From Burkholderiaceae bacterium (lineage in GTDB: Bacteria; Pseudomonadota; Gammaproteobacteria; Burkholderiales; Burkholderiaceae_E): a stretch of 64,000 nucleotides of DNA. Shown piece after piece: positions 9,355 through 18,535 of the stretch (position 1 is its first letter; every line of letters begins with the position of its first letter). A program made the translations under genes and the position numbers. The stretch spans positions 4,435-68,434 of the forward strand of contig JBMSQB010000006.1 of the NCBI GenBank assembly GCA_049423065.1. Reading direction: 5' to 3'. Under the pieces are notes generated by a model, which did not search any database, was not told where the DNA came from, and saw only the letters and a list, made by a program, of their open reading frames with translations.

Positions 9355-10581
9355 ATGAACACACCTGAGTCGTATCTTCTGCCCGCCTACCGCAATATCG
9401 GTGAGTCCCTGATTCGCGAACTGGCCAAGCTGATGAGCGTACCGGGCATGGTGTCGCTCGCCGGTGGCTATCCCGGGCCCGAGTTGTTTGATCGGGACGG
9501 GCTCAGGGAAGCAGCCGACAACGCACTCGCGTCTGCGCCGGTCGCGTGTCTTCAGTATGGACCGACCGACGGTCTCCCCGCGCTTAGAGAGGGGATCGCT
9601 GGCTGGATGGACGAAGCCGGCAGCCGGTGCAGCGTTGACGACATTCTGGTCACGTCGGGCTCCCAACAAGGCTTTGACCTGCTGGTGCGCACGCTGCTTC
9701 GCCCTGGCGATGTGGCGCTGGTTGAACGCCCCACTTACACAGGGCCGCTTCGCCTGTTGAAAATCGCCGAGGTGTCGACGCGCACCGTGGGCGTCGACCA
9801 CAACGGGCTCGATGTGGACGAACTCGAGGCTGTGCTCGTTGAGGCGGCGAAAGGTCAGGGCCCTCGCCCCAAGCTGCTCTATGTCGTGCCGACGTTCGCG
9901 AACCCCAGTGGCGCCACGATGCCGCTCGCGCGGCGACTTCGTCTGCTCGAGCTCGCCGTGAAATACGGTGTGGTGGTGGTGGAAGACGACCCCTATGGGA
10001 GATTGCGCTTTCACGGTGACCCGCAGCCTCATCTTCTGAGTCTGGTTGATCAGGTGCCCGGGGCCCGCGATTGGGTGGTGCACCTGGGCAGCTTCTCCAA
10101 GGTGATTGCGCCCGGGCTTCGAACCGGATGGCTCATTGCGGCGCCGGCGATTCGTCGCGCCTGCCTGATCGCCAAGCAGCTTGATGATCTGTCCAACCCC
10201 GGCTTTACGCAGATGACGGTGGCCCGCTACCTTGAGGCGGGACGGCTGCGGGCGCACCTGCCGGTGATTCTTGGCGCGTATCGCGAACGGGCGCAGGCCA
10301 TGCGGGAGGCGATTGCCACGCATCTTTCGTCGCGGGTGGCGGTGAATGTGCCGGACGGCGGCATGTTCATGTGGGGTCGGATCCGAAACGGCGCGAGCGC
10401 CCGTGATCTGCTCAAACACGCCATCGACGAGAAGGTCACGTTCGTGGCGGGTGACATCTATTACGCCGACCAGACCGACCCCGCGACCCTGCGTCTGTCG
10501 TTTTCCACGCCCACGCCCGATCAGATCCGAACCGGTATTGCGCGGATCAGCCAGGCGCTGGATCGTCTTGGTCCAGCGTGA
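9355..10581 (+). CDS. PLP-dependent aminotransferase (class I/II fold, aminoadipate/kynurenine aminotransferase-like)
   Basis: Motifs GGYPGPELF, YGPTDGLPALREGIA, VVPTFANPSG, EDDPYG and GSFSK (candidate PLP lysine). It starts 3 nt after the DMT gene. Confidence 0.85.
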   Translation: MNTPESYLLPAYRNIGESLIRELAKLMSVPGMVSLAGGYPGPELFDRDGLREAADNALASAPVACLQYGPTDGLPALREGIAGWMDEAGSRCSVDDILVTSGSQQGFDLLVRTLLRPGDVALVERPTYTGPLRLLKIAEVSTRTVGVDHNGLDVDELEAVLVEAAKGQGPRPKLLYVVPTFANPSGATMPLARRLRLLELAVKYGVVVVEDDPYGRLRFHGDPQPHLLSLVDQVPGARDWVVHLGSFSKVIAPGLRTGWLIAAPAIRRACLIAKQLDDLSNPGFTQMTVARYLEAGRLRAHLPVILGAYRERAQAMREAIATHLSSRVAVNVPDGGMFMWGRIRNGASARDLLKHAIDEKVTFVAGDIYYADQTDPATLRLSFSTPTPDQIRTGIARISQALDRLGPA

Positions 10582-10586
10582 CCTGA

Positions 10587-11975
10587 ATGAAACTCTTTCA
10601 CGGCTGGAAGATGGTGGGCGCGGGCGCTGCGCTCCAGGTGCTGCAGGGCGGACTGATGCAGCAGTCGTACGGTGCCTACGTGGCTGTGCTGTCCGATGAG
10701 CGCGACTGGAGCAAAACCGAGCTCTCGGGCGGGGCAGCGCTCATGTCGCTTGAAACGGCCATCATCGGGCCGCTGGTTGGTTGGCTGGTTGACCGGTTTG
10801 GCGAGGGGCTGGTGATTCGGGCCGGGGTGGTGCTCTTTGGGCTGGGACTGGTCGGGCTTGGTCTGGTGGATAGCCTTGCAGCGTTCTATTCGGCGATTGC
10901 AGTGTGCGCCGTAGGCATGACGCTCTGCGGATATTTCCCCGTCAATGTGGCCGTCATTCACTGGTTCGAGCGCCACCGGGCACGGGCGCTCTCGGCTGTG
11001 GGCCTGGGGGTGGGTTTCGGCGGCGTGCTGGTGCCGCTGGTGGCGGGCGTGATGCAGGCATATGGCTGGCGGGTCACGGCAATTATTTCCGGGGTGTTGG
11101 TGCTGGCGGTCGGGCTGCCACTCAGTCGGGTGTTTCGCGGGCGACCGCAGCAGCTGGGTGAGCATGTTGATGGTGTTCCCCCGCCGGGTCCGGCTGTAAC
11201 GGCCCCGCTGGGCGCAGGGACGGCAGCCGCAGGCACGGCAGGCACCGCGGCGGCGAGCGCGGCGAGCGCGGCGAGCGCGGCAGCGGTGGCGCCGTCGGCC
11301 GCCTCGGCACCGCCCAGCGTCGGGGCGGATGGGTCCGCACTCAGTGCGGACGAGCAGGCAATGCGCGGTTTCACGCTTCACGAGGCCATGCGCACGCGTG
11401 CTTTCTGGCTCCTTGCAATCGGCCACGGCGCAGCGCTGCTGGTGGTGGGAGCAGTCAATGTCCATGCGATCACGCACATGAAAGAGGGGCTCGGTTATTC
11501 GGTCAACCTTGCCTCACTGGTGATCATGATGATGACGATTGCTCAGATCGGTGGCGTGTTGTTCGGGATCTGGATAGGCGACCGCTTCGTGAAGCGGCGC
11601 GTGGCGGCACTTGCCATGGTGGGCCACTTCCTGGGACTGATCATGCTGACCTACGCCAGCGGCTTTGCGATGCTGGTGGCATTTGCCGTGCTGCACGGTG
11701 CTGCATGGGGCGTGCGAGGCCCCTTCATGCAGGCGATGCGCGCTGATTACTTCGGACGGCGTTCGATCGGCATGATCCTGGGCGTCTCGGCGGTGGTGGT
11801 GGCGATCGGTCAGGTTGCAGGTCCGCTGGTGGCGGGCGTGTTCGTCGATCTGATGGGTGACTACCGGCTGGGCTTTACCGTGCTCGCGCTGGTGTCGCTC
11901 GGTGGGGCCTGGGCCTTTATCGCTGCGGTGCAGCCGGTTCATCCAGCCCTGCAGGCACGGTCGGCGCCAGCCTGA
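10587..11975 (+). CDS. MFS transporter with an Ala/Ser-rich central loop
   Basis: Twelve-TM organisation in two halves, separated by a loop of about 60 aa (PPPGPAVTAPLGAGTAAAGTAGTAAASAASAAS...). It starts 5 nt after the aminotransferase stop. Confidence 0.8.
   Translation: MKLFHGWKMVGAGAALQVLQGGLMQQSYGAYVAVLSDERDWSKTELSGGAALMSLETAIIGPLVGWLVDRFGEGLVIRAGVVLFGLGLVGLGLVDSLAAFYSAIAVCAVGMTLCGYFPVNVAVIHWFERHRARALSAVGLGVGFGGVLVPLVAGVMQAYGWRVTAIISGVLVLAVGLPLSRVFRGRPQQLGEHVDGVPPPGPAVTAPLGAGTAAAGTAGTAAASAASAASAAAVAPSAASAPPSVGADGSALSADEQAMRGFTLHEAMRTRAFWLLAIGHGAALLVVGAVNVHAITHMKEGLGYSVNLASLVIMMMTIAQIGGVLFGIWIGDRFVKRRVAALAMVGHFLGLIMLTYASGFAMLVAFAVLHGAAWGVRGPFMQAMRADYFGRRSIGMILGVSAVVVAIGQVAGPLVAGVFVDLMGDYRLGFTVLALVSLGGAWAFIAAVQPVHPALQARSAPA
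11250..11281 (+). repeat. In-frame 9-bp tandem repeat (GCGGCGAGC x3 plus a partial copy) encoding (Ala-Ala-Ser)3
   Basis: Read directly: gcggcgagc at 11250, 11259 and 11268, then gcggca. It lies in the MFS central loop and is in frame with 10587. Confidence 0.9.
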
Positions 11976-11987
11976 CGCACGGGCAGT

Positions 11988-12881
11988 TCAGCGCGCAGGC
12001 CTCGCGCATCGAAACCCGATGTAAACCACCGCGGTGTCGCCGGGCTTGCTCTGGCGGTGGTCTGCCTGCATGGGGCCTCTGCCATACCACCAGGATCCGC
12101 CGCGGGTAAGGCGCTCGGCGTTGCCAGCGAGCCCCGGGGGATCGTCCACCCATTCCCAAAGATTGGCGCCCATGTCGTGCAGGCCGTTCACGCCAGCCGG
12201 GGTCTGGCTGACGGGGGCATGCCCCAGGCCGCGTGACAAGGCTGCGCTGTGACGCACAGAACGGCGAGCGGACTCCGGTCCGCAGTCATCGAGGCATTGT
12301 GCGCCGGTTGGTGAGTCACCCGTGGGATAGCGGTAGGTGCGTCCGCGCACGAACGGTGGGGGCGGCGCTGTGCGTTGCTCGCGATAAGCCGCCGCAGTCC
12401 ATTGTTGGTCGCTCGGAAGCTGACCGCCTGCCCAGCGGCAGAATGCCTGGGCTTCGTCATAGGTGATGTGCGCGGCGGGTTCGTCATCGGCAGGGCGGTA
12501 CTGCGGCCCGTAGGGTGCCGCCCAGGTCCAACCGGGCTTGCGGGTCCAGCCGGCTTCAAACACCGAGCCTCCGCCATCACGTTCGGCACGGGTCATCAGC
12601 CTTGTGGCGGAAACAAACCGGCGGAATTGGCCGATGGTGGTCTCGGTCCGGGCGATGGCGAAGCCGTCCAGGGTGACCCAGTCGATGCCGGTGCTTGCAT
12701 CATGCTCGACCGAGCCGGTGGCCGCTGCGGCCGCCAGGATAGGGGCACCGAGCAGAACGAGGGCGATCGCGGCAAGGCGGGTGCCGGCCTTTGCGGTGCG
12801 GCCTCGGCGGCGGGCAGGTACAGCGCCCGTAACGCCGCGCCGCATGACCGCCAGGCCGTTTTGTCGGAGCGGGTCATTCAT
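11988..12881 (-). CDS. Formylglycine-generating-enzyme (SUMF1/FGE) domain protein, probably periplasmic
   Basis: C-terminal RGGSWWY...YIGFRCARP and GLHDMGANLWEWV motifs are typical of FGE-sulfatase-domain proteins. N-terminal ARRRGRT followed by a hydrophobic stretch suggests a signal peptide. Its ATG overlaps the upstream ATPase stop (ATGA at 12878-12881). Confidence 0.8.
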   Translation of the reverse strand: MNDPLRQNGLAVMRRGVTGAVPARRRGRTAKAGTRLAAIALVLLGAPILAAAAATGSVEHDASTGIDWVTLDGFAIARTETTIGQFRRFVSATRLMTRAERDGGGSVFEAGWTRKPGWTWAAPYGPQYRPADDEPAAHITYDEAQAFCRWAGGQLPSDQQWTAAAYREQRTAPPPPFVRGRTYRYPTGDSPTGAQCLDDCGPESARRSVRHSAALSRGLGHAPVSQTPAGVNGLHDMGANLWEWVDDPPGLAGNAERLTRGGSWWYGRGPMQADHRQSKPGDTAVVYIGFRCARPAR

Positions 12882-14008
12882 GGGGATTTATCCGGCGATG
12901 CGAAAGTGACGATGTGATCCGCGTCGAAGCGAATGCCGATGGTCTCGCCAACCGGGTGGTCGTGGTGGCTTGGCACCAGTGCGAGAAGGGTCGCGCCACT
13001 TGGAAGCCTGAGCGTGTAAAGAAACTGCGCGCCCCGGAATGCCTTGCGGATGACCTGCGCATGCACCGGGCTCGCGTCATCATGGATCACATCATCGGGG
13101 CGCAGAAGCACCGTGACCTCTCCGCCTGGCGCAGCCACGGCTGAGGCGATCGCCTGATCGCTGCGCGCCAGAATCGGCAACGTGCCCAATTCGATTTCAA
13201 TCTGCGCCTCGCCCTGCGCGTGCCGAACCCTGCCGGGGAGAAACGCGCCGTGTCCCACAAAGTCAGCCACCTCGCGCGATGCTGGTCGGTGATAGAGCCG
13301 GTAAGGGGTGTCCCATTGCGCAATCCGGCCGTCGATCATGACCCCGACGCTGTCGGCCATCGCGAAGGCCTCGTGCTGATCATGCGTGACCAGAAGCGTG
13401 GTGATGGACGCTGCCTTGAGGAGTTCCCGCAACTCCAGTGCAAGCCGCTCGCGCAATTCGGGGTCCAGGCTCGAGAAGGGTTCGTCGAGCAGCAGCAGCG
13501 ACGGTGCCGGTGCAAGGGCTCGCGCAAGCGCAACCCGCTGCTGCTGGCCACCGGACAGTTCGTGCGGGAACCGGTGTCGCATGCCTTCCAGCCCGACCAG
13601 ATGCAGCATCTCCTCGACCCGGGCCTCGCGTTCGGCGGCCGAGCGGCCTCGCAGCCCGAACGCCACGTTGGCGGAAATGTCGAGATGAGGAAATAGCGCG
13701 AAGTCCTGAAAAACAACGCCGGTTGCCCGGGCTTCGGGCGGCACCCACGCGCCTGGCCCGACCACGGTTCGGCCGACGATCTGTACGGTGCCGCGCTCCG
13801 GGCGAACGAAACCGGCGATGGCCCGAAGCGCCGTGGACTTGCCGCAGCCGGAAGCCCCGAGCAGGCAGCCGATCTCGCCAGGGGCGAGGGTAAAGCCGAG
13901 ACCGTCGAGCACGCGCTGAGGTCGGCCAGTGCGCGCGAATACCACCGACAGGTCGTCGACCGTGAGGGCGGGGCCTGTCGGAGCGAGTGGGGCGTATTGC
14001 GAATGCAT
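12878..14008 (-). CDS. ABC transporter ATP-binding protein (FbpC/PotA-like, iron(III)-type)
   Basis: Walker A GASGCGKST, signature LSGGQQQRVALARAL, Walker B LLLLDEPFS, and a C-terminal TOBE-like domain. Confidence 0.9.
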   Translation of the reverse strand: MHSQYAPLAPTGPALTVDDLSVVFARTGRPQRVLDGLGFTLAPGEIGCLLGASGCGKSTALRAIAGFVRPERGTVQIVGRTVVGPGAWVPPEARATGVVFQDFALFPHLDISANVAFGLRGRSAAEREARVEEMLHLVGLEGMRHRFPHELSGGQQQRVALARALAPAPSLLLLDEPFSSLDPELRERLALELRELLKAASITTLLVTHDQHEAFAMADSVGVMIDGRIAQWDTPYRLYHRPASREVADFVGHGAFLPGRVRHAQGEAQIEIELGTLPILARSDQAIASAVAAPGGEVTVLLRPDDVIHDDASPVHAQVIRKAFRGAQFLYTLRLPSGATLLALVPSHHDHPVGETIGIRFDADHIVTFASPDKSP

Positions 14009-15733
14009 ATAATTCTCGTTTGGATAGTTTATCGCGGGAAACGCCTGGTGTTCTCTGCATGGTCAAGACTCAAGACTGGCGCGTTTCCCGGAGCGCCGGT
14101 TGGCGCGGCTACGGTGCTGGTTGCGCTCGCGCTTGCCGCGCCGGCGCTGGCCCTGGCAGTGCTCGCGTTGGCCGGCATGTTCGAGAGCACTGCAACGCTG
14201 TCGCATCTGGGCCTGACCGTGCTGCCGCGCTATGCGGCCACGACGGCTCTGCTCACTGCTGCGGTAGTGGTGATCGTGCTTGCAGTGGGGGTGGGCGCAG
14301 CCTGGCTGATTGCGGCATTCGAATTCCCGGGGCGGCGCGCGCTCGCATGGGTCCTGGTGTTGCCGATGGCAATGCCTGCCTTTGTCATGGGCTACGCCTA
14401 CACCGATTTTCTTGCGCCGTCCGGGGCGCTGCAGTCCGCATTGCGCCGCGCAACCGGATGGGAAATCGGCGACTACTGGTTCCCAGACGTGCACAGCTGG
14501 CCGTCGGCTGCGTTGTGCCTCGGCCTTGCGCTGTACCCCTACGTATATCTCCTCGCGCGCACGGCGTTTGCCGAGCGCAGTGCCTCGCTCGCCGAGGCCG
14601 CCCGAACGCTCGGACTGGGCCCGTTCGAAGTCTGGTGGCGAGTCACCTGGCCGGTGGCGCGTCCCGCGGTAGCCGCCGGGGTGGCGCTTGCCACCATGGA
14701 AACGCTTGCTGATTTCGGTACCGTCAGCTATTTCGCTGTGGATACATTCACGGCCGGAATTTTCCGCGCTTGGCAGTCACTGGGCGACCGTGCGGGCGCG
14801 GCGCAATTGGCGCTGGTGCTGCTGGTTGTTGTCATGGCACTGGTCTGGATCGAACGCATCCAGCGTGGGCGCATGCAGTTCCACGCGCGTTCGACGCAAT
14901 CCCCCGAGCGAACGGTGCTTCGGGGCGCGCGGGCCTGGAGTGCTTTCGTGGCTTGCGCGATGCCTGGGTTGCTCGGCTTTGTGGTGCCGGCGGTGCTGCT
15001 GCTCGTCACCGGTGTGGGAAGTGAGTCGGGGGTAGACGCTCGACTGCTCGACTGGGTCGCCAATACGGCGCTCCTGGGGGCAGGCGGGGCAGCGCTGGTG
15101 GTTCCGCTCGCGCTGCTTGGTGCGTATGCCCTGCGCGTGTCGGGCGGTCGGTGGGTTCGCCTGGCGCTCGGTCTCGCCAATACTGGCTATGCCATCCCCG
15201 GACTGGTGCTGGGCGTGGGGCTGCTCGTGCTTGCCGGGCTGACCTCACAGGGATTGGCCTGGATGGGCGCTTTGATTGGGTGGCAGACACCGTTGATTGC
15301 CGGAGGCATTGCGGGCGTTTACTACGCTTACACCGTGCGCTTCTTTCCGGTGGGGTTCCAGGGGATTGATGCCGGGCTGCGGCGCATCAGCCCCTCCATG
15401 GATCAAAGCGCCAGAAGCCTGGGCCGCGGGTTCTGGGGGGTACTGCGGGAAGTGCATTGGCCGCTGATGCGAAGAACCGTCGCGGTGGCAGGGCTGCTGG
15501 TCTTTGTGGATTCGGTCAAGGAGCTGCCCGCCACGCTGGTGCTGCGCCCCTTCGACTTCGACACGCTGGCGGTGGTGGCCTATCACTTTGCAGCAGATGA
15601 ACGACTCGCCGAGGCGGCCTGGCCATCGCTCCTCATTGTGCTGGTGGGTCTGGTGCCGGTGGTGTGGCTGTCGCGAATCACCCTTTCCGACCCGTCGGGT
15701 GGCGGGTCGAGTGGCGGGGCTGCGAGCGGTTGA
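13997..15733 (+). CDS. Two-domain ABC transporter permease (FbpB-like iron(III) permease); start uncertain
   Basis: 578 aa with about 12 TM segments and two permease halves. The listed ATG at 13997 would overlap the divergent ATPase start by 12 nt. An in-frame GTG at 14048 is an alternative start. Confidence 0.85.
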   Translation: MRMHIILVWIVYRGKRLVFSAWSRLKTGAFPGAPVGAATVLVALALAAPALALAVLALAGMFESTATLSHLGLTVLPRYAATTALLTAAVVVIVLAVGVGAAWLIAAFEFPGRRALAWVLVLPMAMPAFVMGYAYTDFLAPSGALQSALRRATGWEIGDYWFPDVHSWPSAALCLGLALYPYVYLLARTAFAERSASLAEAARTLGLGPFEVWWRVTWPVARPAVAAGVALATMETLADFGTVSYFAVDTFTAGIFRAWQSLGDRAGAAQLALVLLVVVMALVWIERIQRGRMQFHARSTQSPERTVLRGARAWSAFVACAMPGLLGFVVPAVLLLVTGVGSESGVDARLLDWVANTALLGAGGAALVVPLALLGAYALRVSGGRWVRLALGLANTGYAIPGLVLGVGLLVLAGLTSQGLAWMGALIGWQTPLIAGGIAGVYYAYTVRFFPVGFQGIDAGLRRISPSMDQSARSLGRGFWGVLREVHWPLMRRTVAVAGLLVFVDSVKELPATLVLRPFDFDTLAVVAYHFAADERLAEAAWPSLLIVLVGLVPVVWLSRITLSDPSGGGSSGGAASG

Positions 15734-15768
15734 GAGCGCCTTGCCGCTTGGTGCTGCGCGACCTCTGC

Positions 15769-15774
15769 TATGAT
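15769..15774 (+). promoter_or_regulatory. Possible -10 box (TATGAT) for tRNA-Val
   Basis: TATGAT ends 10 nt before the mature tRNA 5' end. I found no convincing -35 at 16-18 nt spacing. Confidence 0.25.
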
Positions 15775-15784
15775 TTCGGTTTGC

Positions 15785-15861
15785 AGGCGCGTAGCTCAGC
15801 TGGTTAGAGCACCACCTTGACATGGTGGGGGTCGTTGGTTCGAGTCCAATCGCGCCTACCA
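15785..15861 (+). tRNA. tRNA-Val (anticodon GAC), encoded CCA
   Basis: Hand-folded cloverleaf: acceptor AGGCGCG/CGCGCCT, D-arm GCTC..GAGC, anticodon stem CCACC/GGTGG with loop TTGACAT, T-arm GTTGG-TTCGAGT-CCAAT, discriminator A, then CCA. Confidence 0.95.
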
Positions 15862-15868
15862 GCACAAA

Positions 15869-15903
15869 CCTCCGGTGAGTCGTTGATTTGCCGGAGGTTT
15901 TTT
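15869..15903 (+). terminator. Rho-independent terminator after tRNA-Val
   Basis: Stem CCTCCGG...CCGGAGG followed by TTTTTT (15898-15903). Confidence 0.7.
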
Positions 15904-15991
15904 ATTGGTGGATGCTGAAGCGGTGGGCCCACGAAGCCAAGCCATTCTCGGGCAGCAGGCAGAGAAGTCCACGCGTTAAGCGATCTTTACG

Positions 15992-16345
15992 ATGAAGGGC
16001 CGGATCAATCGACTTCGCGCGCAGGCAGACGCGGTACCCAACGCGCCCCTCAGGCCAGCCCGCGTTATCTGCCCGCTGTGCGATCGGGAGATTCCGCCAT
16101 CACAGCGAGATGCTCATCATCTGGTGCCAAAGTCGCGAGGCGGTGTGAAAACGGCTTGGCTGCACCGGATCTGTCACCGCCAGTTGCATGCGCTCTTCAG
16201 TGAAAGCGAACTCGCCCGCGAGTATCACGATGTGGCTGCATTGCGTCAGCATCCGGAAATGTCGCTGTTTCTCGATTGGGTTCGACGCAAGCCTGACGAC
16301 TTTTACGAACGGACCCGCAAGAGCCGGCGTTTGCGATCGGGTTAG
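15992..16345 (+). CDS. Small HNH endonuclease-family protein
   Basis: CPLC(x9)DAHHLVPKSRGG(x8)CHRQLH gives a Cys/His HNH-type motif. It is 117 aa with a basic C-terminus. Confidence 0.8.
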   Translation: MKGRINRLRAQADAVPNAPLRPARVICPLCDREIPPSQRDAHHLVPKSRGGVKTAWLHRICHRQLHALFSESELAREYHDVAALRQHPEMSLFLDWVRRKPDDFYERTRKSRRLRSG

Positions 16346-16513
16346 CACACCCATCGCGTGCGGAATCGGCACCACACTCTTACCGCTGTCGTGGCAACTC
16401 GATCGAGCTTACCCTGCCTGTCATCTCTTGCCGTGCGGCTCGACTGCACCGTCGTTTGGCGCGCGCGCGGTTCTGTCGGAAAATCGCGGCTGTTTCAGTC
16501 GCATTGAGCGCAA

Positions 16514-18433
16514 ATGATCACCATCACGCTTCCGGACGGCTCGCGCCGAGAATTTTCTGCCCCTCCCACCGTGGCCGAGGTGGCTGCCTCGATTGGCGCA
16601 GGCCTGGCGAAGGCCGCACTGGCCGGGCGTATCGAGGGTCGGCTGGTTGATACCTCACACCGTATCGAGTCTGACGCTACGCTGTCGATCGTGACCGATC
16701 GGGAGCCCGACGGCGTGGACATCATTCGACACTCCACCGCCCACCTGCTTGCCTATGCGGTCAAAGAGCTGTTTCCCGATGCGCAGGTGACCATTGGGCC
16801 GGTCATCGAAAACGGCTTCTATTACGACTTCTCCTACAAGCGGCCCTTCACGCCCGAAGACCTTCAGGCGATCGAAGCCAAGATGGCCGAGCTCGCGAAG
16901 AAAGACGAAGCCGTGTCGCGCGAGGTCTGGCAACGCGACGACGCAGTCAGGTATTTCGAATCGATCGGTGAAAAATACAAGGCCGAGATCATTTCATCGA
17001 TTCCCGCCAGCGAGCCGATCGGTCTTTATCGCGAAGGCAATTTCATTGACCTGTGCCGCGGGCCTCATGTGCCCTCTACCGGCAAACTCAAGGTCTTCAA
17101 GCTGATGAAACTCGCAGGCGCCTACTGGCGCGGCGACTCCCGCAACGAGATGCTGCAACGCATCTACGGCACGGCCTGGGCCAAGAAGGAAGACCAGGAC
17201 GCCTATCTGCATATGCTTGAAGAGGCCGAACGGCGCGACCACCGAAAGCTCGGGCGCGAACTCGACCTGTTTCACATGCAGGACAACGCCCCGGGCATGG
17301 TGTTCTGGCACCCGCGTGGATGGACGCTCTGGCAGCAGGTCGAGCAGTACATGCGTCGCGTTTATCAGGATAACGGCTACCAGGAAGTGCGCTGCCCCCA
17401 GATTCTCGACCGTTCCCTATGGGAGCGCTCCGGCCACTGGGAAAACTACAAGGACAACATGTTCACCACGGCTTCGGAAAATCGCGACTATGCGGTGAAG
17501 CCGATGAATTGTCCTGGGCATGTGCAGGTTTACAACTCTGCGCTGCGGAGCTATCGCGATCTGCCGCTTCGGTATGGCGAGTTTGGCAACTGCCATCGCA
17601 ATGAACCTTCGGGCGCGCTGCACGGCATCATGCGGGTGCGAGGCTTTGTGCAAGATGACGGCCACATCTTCTGTACCGAAGAGCAGATTCTCGACGAATG
17701 TGTGGCCTACACTGAGTTGCTCCACCAGGTGTATCGCGACTTTGGGTTTGAGCAGATTCTTTACAAGGTCGCCACGCGGCCGGAAAAGCGTGTGGGCGAT
17801 GACGCGCTCTGGGATCGCGCCGAGCACGCACTCATGGAGAGCCTTCGCCGGTCGGGCGTCGATTTCGTGATCGCGCCGGGCGATGGCGCGTTCTATGGAC
17901 CGAAGATCGAGTACACCCTGAAAGATGCGCTGGGACGACCCTGGCAGTGCGGCACCATGCAGGTTGACTTCAACATGCCGCAGCGGCTTGGTGCCGAGTA
18001 TGTGGCCGAAGACAACACCCGCCGGCATCCGGTCATGCTGCACCGTGCGATCGTCGGCTCGCTCGAGCGTTTCATCGGCATCCTGATCGAAAATCATGCC
18101 GGTGCACTGCCGATGTGGCTCGCGCCCGTGCAGGCAATGATCCTGACCATCACCGACGCACAGGCGGATTACGCGCGAGATGTTGCACAAGCGCTGAAAA
18201 AACAAGGGTTTAGGGTTGAGTCCGATTTGCGGAATGAAAAGATCAACTATAAAATCCGGGAAAACAGCCTGCAGAAGCTTCCTTATCTCCTGGTCGTAGG
18301 CGACAAGGAGCGTCAGGCTGGCATGGTGGCCGTGCGTGCGCGCGGCGGGCTTGACCTGGGGTCCATGTCGATCGCGGCGTTCGCTGAGCGCCTGGCGCTC
18401 GAGGTGGAAAACAAGACAAGTCAGCCGAAGTGA
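16514..18433 (+). CDS. thrS: Threonine--tRNA ligase
   Basis: [10 protein letters not shown]... TGS domain, HSTAHLL editing-domain motif, class II core ([31 protein letters not shown]) and an anticodon-binding C-terminus. Confidence 0.97.
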   Translation: MITITLPDGSRREFSAPPTVAEVAASIGAGLAKAALAGRIEGRLVDTSHRIESDATLSIVTDREPDGVDIIRHSTAHLLAYAVKELFPDAQVTIGPVIENGFYYDFSYKRPFTPEDLQAIEAKMAELAKKDEAVSREVWQRDDAVRYFESIGEKYKAEIISSIPASEPIGLYREGNFIDLCRGPHVPSTGKLKVFKLMKLAGAYWRGDSRNEMLQRIYGTAWAKKEDQDAYLHMLEEAERRDHRKLGRELDLFHMQDNAPGMVFWHPRGWTLWQQVEQYMRRVYQDNGYQEVRCPQILDRSLWERSGHWENYKDNMFTTASENRDYAVKPMNCPGHVQVYNSALRSYRDLPLRYGEFGNCHRNEPSGALHGIMRVRGFVQDDGHIFCTEEQILDECVAYTELLHQVYRDFGFEQILYKVATRPEKRVGDDALWDRAEHALMESLRRSGVDFVIAPGDGAFYGPKIEYTLKDALGRPWQCGTMQVDFNMPQRLGAEYVAEDNTRRHPVMLHRAIVGSLERFIGILIENHAGALPMWLAPVQAMILTITDAQADYARDVAQALKKQGFRVESDLRNEKINYKIRENSLQKLPYLLVVGDKERQAGMVAVRARGGLDLGSMSIAAFAERLALEVENKTSQPK

Positions 18434-18535
18434 TGCCGGTCTGGCCGGGCAACGCGTGGAGGCGTTGTCGGGTCAGGCTCCCAGGCGTCCTGCGTGTTGC
18501 ACGGTCGTTTGTTTTTTGTTCCGGAGGATCCCAGC

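Noticed and set aside
9106-10419. 437-aa minus-strand ORF, and the neighbouring 248-aa ORF at 8344-9090
   Set aside because: Both are antisense to the clearly recognisable aminotransferase and DMT genes. The translations are Arg/His/Pro-rich low complexity with no motifs, which is typical of spurious long antisense frames in GC-rich DNA.
15245-15865. 206-aa minus-strand ORF covering tRNA-Val
   Set aside because: It overlaps the tRNA gene and the 3' end of the ABC permease and has no protein-like features.
15785-16513. Possible tRNA-Val-linked genomic island
   Set aside because: I looked for a direct repeat of the tRNA 3' end, an integrase and a compositional break between the tRNA and thrS, and saw none. 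Only the small HNH gene is present, and it is reported separately as a low-interest finding.
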